Positions 7,844-15,506 of a DNA stretch of 32,000 bases are shown one piece after another. The notes under the pieces were generated by a model. The model was not told where the DNA came from, made no database searches, and worked only from the letters and a program-made list of their open reading frames with translations. How positions within the stretch are numbered: the stretch's first letter is position 1; every line of letters begins with the position of its first letter. Position numbers and translations under genes: made by a program. Source of the DNA: an uncultured Candidatus Saccharibacteria bacterium (lineage in GTDB: Bacteria; Patescibacteriota; UBA1384; XYA2-FULL-43-10; 1-14-0-10-43-13); assembly GCA_964543385.1 (NCBI GenBank), contig CAZIYE010000001.1:180001-212000 (forward strand), given 5' to 3'.

Positions 7844-8059
7844 TATCCCCTCCGATATGTGTACAGAAATATTATACCTCAACAACCTTGTTTCTGGAAG
7901 TAAGCCCCTTGATTACCCTTATAGAACTCTTTGGTATCTTATAATAATTTGACAACGCATCTATTACTTCTAAACTGGCTTCACCTCGAAAAGGTTTTCC
8001 CTTAACCCAAACCTTCAAACTACCATCATTATTCTTATCGACTTTAGCTATTTTTGCAT
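7410..8059. repeat. Tandem direct repeat, copy 2 (650 bp, identical to 6598-7247)
   Basis: See copy 1. Confidence 0.9.
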
Positions 8060-8087
8060 TTGGGATTACTCGAATATCTATTTTCAT
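7872..8087 (-). CDS. DUF167 / YggU-like small protein
   Basis: 71 aa. The pattern IRVIPNAK...KV...G.LKVWVKGKPFRGEAS.EVI..LS.....KSSIRVIKGLTSRNKVVEV fits the DUF167 family. Confidence 0.7.
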   Translation of the reverse strand: MKIDIRVIPNAKIAKVDKNNDGSLKVWVKGKPFRGEASLEVIDALSNYYKIPKSSIRVIKGLTSRNKVVEV

Positions 8088-8088
8088 A

Positions 8089-8544
8089 TTAGACTGCCTG
8101 TTTTATTTTTGCCTGTTCATCCAGCGCTTCATTCACGAGCCTATCAGCATCGGTATTTTCTTCTCTAGGAATATGGACAAACGAAATATTTAAGTGCATT
8201 TGATCAATCATCAACTTGATTTCGGCTACAAAAGCTTTGAGACGATCTTCTTTGATTTTCCAATTACCATTAATCTGTTCCACGACCAGCTTTGAGTCTA
8301 GTCGACAAATTACCTTTTTATCGGCGATATTATTTTCCTCGAACCATTTACTCTTGACCAATATTTCAAGCGCTTTAACTATTGCTTTGTATTCAGCCTC
8401 ATTGTTCGTCCCTTCACCGACATACTGTTTATATTCATGAATTATCCCGCCATTAGCATCGCTAAAAACAACACCTATGCCTGCAGGCCCGGGATTTCCT
8501 CGTGAACCACCATCCGTATTTATATACAATTTATCCATTTGCAA
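8089..8544 (-). CDS. rnhA: Ribonuclease HI (type 1 RNase H)
   Basis: 151 aa. DEDD-type catalytic pattern: INTDGGSRGNPGPAGIG, NNEAEYKA, LDSKLVV and EENTDADRLVN. Confidence 0.85.
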   Translation of the reverse strand: MQMDKLYINTDGGSRGNPGPAGIGVVFSDANGGIIHEYKQYVGEGTNNEAEYKAIVKALEILVKSKWFEENNIADKKVICRLDSKLVVEQINGNWKIKEDRLKAFVAEIKLMIDQMHLNISFVHIPREENTDADRLVNEALDEQAKIKQAV

Positions 8545-8593
8545 ATTTATTCATTTTAAAATTAAATAACAAAATGTAAAAATTAAAAAATGT

Positions 8594-9583
8594 TTATATC
8601 CCTAACCCAACTTTTTCATAAACGTCCCTAATTGTTCTTTGAGCAAGTGGGGCAATCTTCAGACTACCATCAGCTAGTATCTTTTCCAAAGAAGATTTAT
8701 CTTCTATGAGTTTGACATATTCGTCTTGAATTGGTTTTAGATATTCTATAATAACTTCAGCAAGAGACTGCTTGAAATCACCATATCCCTTACCAACAAA
8801 ATCATTTTCTATTTCCGATATATTTTTTCCGCTCACCTCAGAATAGATATTTAGAAGATTCACAAGAGCTAGCTTGTCTGACGCATATTTGATCTCTGCA
8901 CCAGAGTCTGTGACTGCTTTTTTGATTTTATTTAAGACTGTGTCTGGATTATCATTCAAAGCAATATAATTTAGTGGCGAACTAGCCGACTTGCTCATTT
9001 TTTTGCTGGGATTATCTAGCCCCATTATTCTGGCAGTTTCCTTCTTGATAATGGCTTCCGGCAGAGTAAAAGTATCGCCAAAACGACTGTTGAATTTCTG
9101 GGCCAAATCACGAGTAAATTCGACATGCTGTTTTTGATCATCACCAACAGGCACAAAATTAGCATTGTAAAGCAATATATCCGAAGCCATCAAAACGGGA
9201 TAATCAAAGAGTCCTACCCCCGTAGTGTCTATATCTCCGCTTGCCGACTTATCTTTAAATTGTGTCATTCGGTAGAGCTCGCCCATTTTTGCCTGACAAT
9301 TTAGAACCCAAGATAACTCTGCATGTTCTGGTCTCATGGATTGAACGAATATGACTGATTTCTTTGGATCTACGCCAGCAGCAATGTACCAAGCAGCAGC
9401 AGAAAGAATATTCTCTTTCAATTCCACCGGATTCTGATAGACAGTAATAGCATGCAAATCAACAATACAATAGATTGCCTCATCAACTCTGTGTTGGAGC
9501 TCAACCCACTGCTTCATAGCACCAAGATAATTACCAATATGTAAAACTCCGCTAGGTTGTATGCCAGAAAAAATACGTTTCAT
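8594..9583 (-). CDS. trpS: Tryptophanyl-tRNA synthetase
   Basis: 329 aa. GIQPSGVLHIGNYLGA (HIGH-type motif), VPVGDDQKQH and KMSKS are typical of bacterial TrpRS. Confidence 0.95.
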   Translation of the reverse strand: MKRIFSGIQPSGVLHIGNYLGAMKQWVELQHRVDEAIYCIVDLHAITVYQNPVELKENILSAAAWYIAAGVDPKKSVIFVQSMRPEHAELSWVLNCQAKMGELYRMTQFKDKSASGDIDTTGVGLFDYPVLMASDILLYNANFVPVGDDQKQHVEFTRDLAQKFNSRFGDTFTLPEAIIKKETARIMGLDNPSKKMSKSASSPLNYIALNDNPDTVLNKIKKAVTDSGAEIKYASDKLALVNLLNIYSEVSGKNISEIENDFVGKGYGDFKQSLAEVIIEYLKPIQDEYVKLIEDKSSLEKILADGSLKIAPLAQRTIRDVYEKVGLGI

Positions 9584-9666
9584 TTAAGAATATTAGTTTT
9601 AATAAATAGTCTAGTAAAGCATAACACAAAAAAATATCTCGTTAAAGGACAATTTGGCCTATTATT

Positions 9667-10500
9667 TTAGTGATTATAGTTTCTAGAAGCTACTGTGGTT
9701 GTTATTATTGAAGTGGCATGTTCTTTTGGACTCTCTGTGGGTAGCCCCATTTCAGATATTATTCTAAACCTAAAAAATATCTGTTTGTTTTTCACATCAC
9801 CTTTTTGCGGTGCATAGTATTGAAGACTCAAAAGTATTGTCTTCATTTCAGGACTATAGTTGGCACCAGAATAATTCCAAGTATCTAGACTACCAGCCAA
9901 TAAACCATCGGTATGAACATTGTTACTTTTGGCAACTACTTGATCCAATCTACTTAATGTAGTTCCATCTGCTTCTCGAAATCTGCCATTATCCATAGTG
10001 CTAGGGTCATATTCATGATAATAGATTGCTTGTGCTCTGCTTCGGTAGGAAATATAGACTTTTATTTTGTTTTCACTTTTGACGACAATCGTATTTACTG
10101 GTTTTGTCGCAACAAGAGGCACCACACCAATTGCAGTGTTATAATCCGCATTTGATCCGTTTGTTGACTCCGTCAATGCACTGCAAGAGGTCTCAGTACA
10201 ACCGAAGAGAGCCAAACCGCTATCGTACTCTACTGTTTTCGGTGTCCCTGTCGCAGTATCATTATATTGTATGGAAAATTCTCCATTTGCTTCTCGGACA
10301 TCTCTGGTAACCATATCTGCCAATTTCCGTGATTCTTCGGATGTTTGTCTGATTGCCCGAATTTTTGATTGGTAGCCAACGCTCTGGCCCACTACCCCCG
10401 TAGTTATGACCATAACAACAGCAAAAATCATAGTTCCTATGAGGATTTCTACGAGAGTAAAACCAGATACTTTTTTAATTTTTATTGTATTATTCATCAT
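9667..10500 (-). CDS. Minor pilin / pseudopilin-like protein (277 aa)
   Basis: Prepilin-type N-terminus KKVSG/FTLVEILIGTMIFAVVMV (Gly -1, Glu +5). The rest has no family I recognise. Confidence 0.75.
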   Translation of the reverse strand: MMNNTIKIKKVSGFTLVEILIGTMIFAVVMVITTGVVGQSVGYQSKIRAIRQTSEESRKLADMVTRDVREANGEFSIQYNDTATGTPKTVEYDSGLALFGCTETSCSALTESTNGSNADYNTAIGVVPLVATKPVNTIVVKSENKIKVYISYRSRAQAIYYHEYDPSTMDNGRFREADGTTLSRLDQVVAKSNNVHTDGLLAGSLDTWNYSGANYSPEMKTILLSLQYYAPQKGDVKNKQIFFRFRIISEMGLPTESPKEHATSIITTTVASRNYNH

Positions 10501-10523
10501 TATTTATTTCTTACTTCTTGCCC

Positions 10524-11099
10524 CTAATAATTCATCCGCCAATTTGTTATTATCTCGGAAACAGATATATTTTTATTTATGCCGTTAGATAGCCAATCAA
10601 CATTCACAGTTACTCTTACCACACTTTGATTCTTAGCAGTGCTATTGAAGTCTCCTTTTAAAGGAACCATGCTATCCGTACTTAGCACCCGCGTAAAGAT
10701 AATAGTGCGCTTGAACTCTGTTCCATCTATATTTATGATACTGTTGCTCTCATCTACTGCCCGACTAGCAACATCAAAATTAGACAACGCACCGTCATAA
10801 GAAACCACCCATCTCTTTGTATTGTCAGCTGTATACTCGACTCCATAGTCAATGAATTCTTGAAATGTAGTGCCGGCATCATCATCAAGCCAGTTGCTAT
10901 CCCGTATTTGACGTACCTGCTCAATACCCTCCTGTGCTATATACATCGCCTGGGCACGTTCATGTAAATAAATTGCTCCTCTTAAAGCGCTTCTGCCTGC
11001 GGCGGTCATGGCAAAGATAACCACCATCATTATTACTGATGCGATCATAACTTCCACAATGCCAAAACCATTTTTTATCTTATTATTCAAAATCATCAA
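10524..11099 (-). CDS. Minor pilin-like protein (191 aa; PilV/GspI-like N-terminus)
   Basis: NKIKNG/FGIVEVMIASVIMMVV, followed by an AQ..A.EGIEQVRQIRD helix. Its start overlaps the upstream gene's stop by 4 nt (ATGA). Confidence 0.7.
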   Translation of the reverse strand: MMILNNKIKNGFGIVEVMIASVIMMVVIFAMTAAGRSALRGAIYLHERAQAMYIAQEGIEQVRQIRDSNWLDDDAGTTFQEFIDYGVEYTADNTKRWVVSYDGALSNFDVASRAVDESNSIINIDGTEFKRTIIFTRVLSTDSMVPLKGDFNSTAKNQSVVRVTVNVDWLSNGINKNISVSEIITNWRMNY

Positions 11100-11632
11100 T
11101 CTTTAAGCATATAACTGACAGAAAAAGGCTGGCTAATTGTATATGCAATCGTTTGCTTACCATTTATATTGCTATCAAAAACACTAATAGAAGTCGAATT
11201 GCAATTTTGACTAGGGTCAGAAGAACAGGATATATATGAATCAACGGGATCGCCAGTCACCGGATCAGTGGCCGATTGAACAATCTGGCCATCTAATAGT
11301 TTGACTTTTCTTATCTCAGTCCAGTCTGTAGTAGCAGGACCACACCGAAAATTAGCTTGCATATTAGTTTTACACTTTTTTAGAATAAATTCGTCTGGTG
11401 TAGGCGTCTTATCAGCAAATAGCTCATAGGATAAAGCATCATTTTCCGGATTCCTGGAGAGTAGATATGCCTGATCGATAAGCTGCTTTATCTCATCGGC
11501 CTTCTGGCTTAGAGCTTGCTTTTTCCCGTAATTCATAAAAGCAGGGATGGCCATCACTGCTAGAATAGCAATAATTATAAGTATCACCACAAGTTCTATC
11601 AGCGTATAGGCTTTTTGTTTTTTTAAAACCAT
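11096..11632 (-). CDS. Minor pilin-like protein (178 aa; GspH/FimT-like N-terminus), with Ala at -1
   Basis: MVLKKQKA/YTLIELVVILIIIAILAVMAIPAF, with Glu +5 present. Confidence 0.7.
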   Translation of the reverse strand: MVLKKQKAYTLIELVVILIIIAILAVMAIPAFMNYGKKQALSQKADEIKQLIDQAYLLSRNPENDALSYELFADKTPTPDEFILKKCKTNMQANFRCGPATTDWTEIRKVKLLDGQIVQSATDPVTGDPVDSYISCSSDPSQNCNSTSISVFDSNINGKQTIAYTISQPFSVSYMLKD

Positions 11633-11653
11633 CTTTATCTATTCCAAAAAATA

Positions 11654-12211
11654 TTATTTTATTATTTTTGCAAACTGATAGTCAGCCATCACTGTTGTAA
11701 AATCTGCGCAACCAGTGCAGGAAGAGAGGGCATTTCCAGCAGCAGTCCTATCATTATCCCCGCCATACTTTGGTTTCTCAAGTTTTGCATAAATAGTACC
11801 AAGACCAGAACCAAAGTTATAGTAAACGTAATCCTGACATTCGGCTAAGCTATTTGTTGGGGTACAGGTATCAGCATCATGTTTCGGATCCTCCATTTTT
11901 CCATCCAGATAGCCACGATCAGTCAGATATTGGACTATTGACTTCTTAGTGCCGGCAACATCATAATCCGTGCTAACAAAGCCTTCCCCTGCTGAATTGC
12001 CCACATCGGCCGAAGGAAGTGAAAAAGTTTTGTTATCCACTTTATACATCGTCATGGCTGTTACAAAAGTATTAACATCACTTTTTCTCTTTGTGTCTCT
12101 AGAGCCAGCTTGAGCACCATTATAAGATACAACTCCGATTGTTATTAATATCGCCAAAATAATCACGACGATGATCAATTCAACCATTGTAAATGCTTTT
12201 TTATATTTCAT
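11654..12211 (-). CDS. Pilin-like protein (185 aa from the corrected start), with Ala at -1
   Basis: MKYKKA/FTMVELIIVVIILAILITIGVV. SD AGGAGG lies upstream of the ATG at 12209-12211. The track's 20-aa extension overlaps the pilD 3' end and is probably spurious. Confidence 0.8.
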   Translation of the reverse strand: MKYKKAFTMVELIIVVIILAILITIGVVSYNGAQAGSRDTKRKSDVNTFVTAMTMYKVDNKTFSLPSADVGNSAGEGFVSTDYDVAGTKKSIVQYLTDRGYLDGKMEDPKHDADTCTPTNSLAECQDYVYYNFGSGLGTIYAKLEKPKYGGDNDRTAAGNALSSCTGCADFTTVMADYQFAKIIK

Positions 12212-12221
12212 AGCTACCTCC

Positions 12222-13001
12222 TTATAAAGAAATAAATAAATTTGAATACCACTTAATGACCTCAAATCCATAGATCATAGCAAAAAGTATACCCATGATC
12301 AGGAAAGGGGCAAATGGTAAAGCCATTTTTAAAGATTTACGATCAATTGATTTATTTCGCAGTAGAATCATAGCTATTCCCACTATAGATCCAAAGACAA
12401 AAGCGCTAAAAAGCGCCACTAGAACATTTGGATATCCAACAAGGAGCCCCATAATCACCCCTATTTTGATATCTCCTGCGCCCATCCACCTCTCTTTTGA
12501 AAAATATACTAAAGCGCCCAGAAATCCACCGGCAAGCACAGCGCCAATAATTGCGCTAAAAAAAGTAAATTCTCCAAAATACCATCCCAATACCAAGGAT
12601 AAAATCAAAGCAATCCAGACAAATATTTCAGGAACAGTCTGTGTCTCTATATCATAGACGAAGACAACAATCAGCAAGGAAAAAACAATAAGATAAAAAG
12701 CCAAGCCCCAAGTCAAACCAAATACCAAAAATAGAACAAGGAAAAGAAGACCTGTCCCTATTTCAACCAGTGGATACTGCCAAGATATCTTCCCACCACA
12801 ATATCTACATCTTGCGCGAAGTAGAACAAAAGACAGAAATGGAATTAAATCATACCATGCCAAAATTTTCTTACACTTCGGACAGTGAGAACGATCGTAT
12901 AAGACAGTAGAAAGCTCATCTATACGTAAAATGATTACATTTAAAAAACTGCCTATTGCTAGGCCGAGAAGAAAAAAAATAATTAAATAAACTGACACCA
13001 T
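12222..13001 (-). CDS. pilD: Prepilin peptidase (A24 family, PilD/GspO type)
   Basis: 259 aa and polytopic. Has the CPKC...CRYC pair typical of the N-terminal region, and the two catalytic Asp contexts VFVYDIETQTVP and GAGDIKIGVIMG. Confidence 0.92.
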   Translation of the reverse strand: MVSVYLIIFFLLGLAIGSFLNVIILRIDELSTVLYDRSHCPKCKKILAWYDLIPFLSFVLLRARCRYCGGKISWQYPLVEIGTGLLFLVLFLVFGLTWGLAFYLIVFSLLIVVFVYDIETQTVPEIFVWIALILSLVLGWYFGEFTFFSAIIGAVLAGGFLGALVYFSKERWMGAGDIKIGVIMGLLVGYPNVLVALFSAFVFGSIVGIAMILLRNKSIDRKSLKMALPFAPFLIMGILFAMIYGFEVIKWYSNLFISL

Positions 13002-13047
13002 ATTCGAACCTAATGTTTATTATTTACTGCTTTTTGTGACAGGCATA

Positions 13048-13089
13048 GTTTCTTATAGCTCTGCAGATTCTGCAGAGCGTATAAGAAAC
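13048..13089 (-). terminator. 19-20 bp stem-loop starting at the stop codon of the 152-aa pilin gene (possible attenuating terminator or mRNA stabiliser)
   Basis: Arms 13048-13066 and 13070-13089, loop ATT, one bulged G. No clear U-tract follows on the minus strand, so this is not a textbook intrinsic terminator. Confidence 0.45.
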
Positions 13090-13547
13090 TAGTCGTTCTG
13101 AACCCAATAGTTATAACCAGATGGCAAAGTCCCTGCCGTTGGATTTCCAGTTTTGATCTCTGAATCCTTCGTATTCTCCAAAGCTGCAAAAAGCGCAAAG
13201 TCTGACCCAGTGTCAGTAGTAATATACTGATACTGATTAGTGCCTTTTGGATCAGTGGGTATTGTCTTGATATAAGGGTCAGTACCAGTATTGAGCCATG
13301 TAAGATCAGTCACTGGAACTGCAACTGCCTCGATAGCATACTTTTCTGGATCCTTTACAGTATCTATCTTGTCAGAATAGGAAGTAATAATTGCAGTCTT
13401 TAGCTGCTGAAGATCATTCTTCCTCTGCGCATCTCGTGCCTTTGCTCTGGCGCCTTGTAAACCCACCATCACCATAGCAGCCAAGATACCAATAACAGCG
13501 ATGACTACCAATAATTCTATCAGAGTAAAGGCTTTTCTTTTTAACAT
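13089..13547 (-). CDS. Type IV pilin / PulG-like pseudopilin (152 aa); best major-pilin candidate, with Ala at -1
   Basis: [52 protein letters not shown] is a classic T4a/GspG-like N-terminal helix. It is the shortest pilin and is followed by a strong hairpin. Confidence 0.85.
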   Translation of the reverse strand: MLKRKAFTLIELLVVIAVIGILAAMVMVGLQGARAKARDAQRKNDLQQLKTAIITSYSDKIDTVKDPEKYAIEAVAVPVTDLTWLNTGTDPYIKTIPTDPKGTNQYQYITTDTGSDFALFAALENTKDSEIKTGNPTAGTLPSGYNYWVQND

Positions 13548-13567
13548 AGCAATCCTTTCACACTAAT

Positions 13568-14068
13568 TTAGTAACCAGTTCCATACTTAGTACAACCAGT
13601 TAATCTACACAATACCGCAGGATCAGTTGTGGCCGGTGTTCCAACAGTAGCTGGATTTGCAGCAGAAATGAGAATTGTGCTTGGAGCTGTAATCGCATTT
13701 GTAGTAGAAGTTGGAAAAGTTGGCGTACCAGGAGTTGGTTTAGCATCAGCTGCTAAATAATTATAGTATCTCCAATTGCCACCAAAACTTGTCATCACCG
13801 GCCAATTACCAGTTACAGCATCAGTTGTAGTACATATCTGTGCACCTGGAAGAGCTGCTGCATCCGCACGAGTAACCACACTTTCTCCATTTGCTACACA
13901 AACATTTGCACCCTTAATTGCTTCGGACAAACTTACAAAAGCTGAATTGTTTCTAGCTTTACCTGTCTGGCTTGTATAGCCCACGACAGTTACAGCAGCC
14001 AAGATACCGATAATAACGATAACGATGATCAACTCTACGAGCGTAAAACCTTTTGATTTCTTTAACAT
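13568..14068 (-). CDS. Type IV pilin-like protein (166 aa from the corrected start)
   Basis: MLKKSKG/FTLVELIIVIVIIGILAAV is almost identical at protein level to pilins A/B but differs at many synonymous sites. The GGAGGG SD overlaps the track's upstream ATG, favouring the ATG at 14066-14068. Confidence 0.85.
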   Translation of the reverse strand: MLKKSKGFTLVELIIVIVIIGILAAVTVVGYTSQTGKARNNSAFVSLSEAIKGANVCVANGESVVTRADAAALPGAQICTTTDAVTGNWPVMTSFGGNWRYYNYLAADAKPTPGTPTFPTSTTNAITAPSTILISAANPATVGTPATTDPAVLCRLTGCTKYGTGY

Positions 14069-14163
14069 TTTTCCCTCCATTTTGATATTATTTTATATTT
14101 TCAAATATAATAGCTTAATTTGGCTTCGATCGACCGAACGAAGACAAATTGGCTATTTTCGGT

Positions 14164-15369
14164 TTATCCACCTGCCGTTTGATTTATCTGATATATTGGC
14201 AGATAAATTGCAAATACCATAAAGGCAACTGCCAGACCCACTATAACAAGGACTGCTGGCTCGACCAATGAACTTATGGTTTTTGTAATATTTGTAGTGC
14301 TCTCTTCATAATATTCAGAAACTTTACCCAAAACCTTGTCTATCTCGCCAGTTTCTTCACCTACTGCTACCATCTGACCGATGAGTGGAGGGAAAAAGGG
14401 ATCTTTTAATAATTCTACTGAAAGAGGAACGCCTTTTTCTACCTGAGTTGATATATAAGACAAACTATCCTCGTATATCACGTTATCGATCACACTGCCA
14501 CCAATTCTCAATGCATCGAGTAGCGGTACGCCAGCGCCTATAAGCATGGACATGATCCTAGTGAAACGATACATATACATACCCTCATAAATATCCTTTA
14601 ATCCCGGAAGAGTAATCTGTAAATTATGGAATACCCTAGAGCCAGCATCTGTTTTTATCCAGTTCATGATAAAGAATACCCCCCCACCAAAGACAAGTAG
14701 CACCAACCACCACCAAGCTTGCAAAAAGTCAGACGCACCCAACAATATCTTGGTGATAATTGGTAGATCAGATCCAGCGGAATCAAACATTGATTTCAAT
14801 TTAGGCACCACAAATGCAAGCATCGCTATACCAGCAATTATAAGAACGCCGAAAATAAAGATAGGATAGTATAGGGCACCTTTTACCTTAGAGATAAATC
14901 CGCTATCTTTCTCAAGCTGATTAGAAAGCTCTAATAATACAACATCTAATTTGCCAGTACTCTCGCCGGAATTCACTACAGAAACAAATACTCGATCAAA
15001 CGCCTCTGGATGTTTAGCGAGTGCAGAAGAAAAACTGTAGCCCTCTTCTAGATCTTTATATATACTCAGGAATATTTCTTTCTGATGAGCAGTCTTGGAT
15101 TGACCTGCTAAGAGGCTTATTGCCTTTGTTAGGGCTAAACCAGACGAAAGCATTGTGGCTAATTGGCGCGTAAAAACTGCCTTGTCTCTAACAGAAACTT
15201 TGGGAACCAAAAAACTAGCAAAAGCCATCTGCCCTTCAGCAATGATTTCGGTAGGTACCAATGTATGCTGAACCAAAACCTTCTCAGCTTCTGTCTGGCT
15301 GACAGCTCTGACTGTACCGGTAACCAGTTGACCTTTATTATTTTTTGCTTTGTATAGAAACCTTGGCAT
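14164..15369 (-). CDS. pilC: Type IV pilus platform protein PilC (GspF family)
   Basis: 401 aa. Two GspF-type repeats (FTRQLATMLSSGLAL...; FTRIMSMLIGAGVPLLDAL...) and 3 TM segments. SD GAGGGG. Confidence 0.92.
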   Translation of the reverse strand: MPRFLYKAKNNKGQLVTGTVRAVSQTEAEKVLVQHTLVPTEIIAEGQMAFASFLVPKVSVRDKAVFTRQLATMLSSGLALTKAISLLAGQSKTAHQKEIFLSIYKDLEEGYSFSSALAKHPEAFDRVFVSVVNSGESTGKLDVVLLELSNQLEKDSGFISKVKGALYYPIFIFGVLIIAGIAMLAFVVPKLKSMFDSAGSDLPIITKILLGASDFLQAWWWLVLLVFGGGVFFIMNWIKTDAGSRVFHNLQITLPGLKDIYEGMYMYRFTRIMSMLIGAGVPLLDALRIGGSVIDNVIYEDSLSYISTQVEKGVPLSVELLKDPFFPPLIGQMVAVGEETGEIDKVLGKVSEYYEESTTNITKTISSLVEPAVLVIVGLAVAFMVFAIYLPIYQINQTAGG

Positions 15370-15506
15370 TAACCCCTCACAATTACAAACCTGTTATTTT
15401 ATATTGTATAGCAACTTATATTTAAAATAAATACTTTCTTTAAGATAGCTGCCTACTGTCGACCTACTAAAGACCCTTTTTTTATTTACTCATGTCTTTT
15501 GTCAAA

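Noticed and set aside
7844-7885. N-terminal extensions in the ORF track: MLRYNISVHISEGI- on both pilin copies, plus 12212-12271, 14069-14080, 20085-20105, 23261-23272 and possibly 27222-27233
   Set aside because: In each case an internal ATG is preceded at 3-5 nt by a strong GGAGG-type SD that lies inside the proposed extension. For the pilins, the internal start gives a canonical short basic prepilin leader. Several of the extensions begin at TTG or GTG.
6519-8059. The 812-bp periodic repeat considered as a CRISPR array or a mobile element
   Set aside because: There are only two long units, with coding content and no short repeat-spacer structure. There are no terminal inverted repeats, transposase or target-site duplication. 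It is a tandem gene duplication.
12295-12657. 120-aa plus-strand ORF inside pilD, and similar antisense ORFs at 4498-4818, 24309-24719, 25083-25379, 30808-31113 and elsewhere
   Set aside because: All are nested antisense within long, well-supported minus-strand genes with clear family motifs. None has an SD or a recognisable motif.
13010-13198. 62-aa minus-strand ORF overlapping the 3' end of the 152-aa pilin gene
   Set aside because: It overlaps a well-supported pilin in another frame and spans the large hairpin. It has no SD and no recognisable features.
14679-14685. G7/C7 homopolymer inside pilC as a possible phase-variation switch
   Set aside because: Seven nucleotides is short for a contingency tract. 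It simply encodes GGG in a TM segment (VFGGGVFF), and a single window gives no evidence of length heterogeneity.
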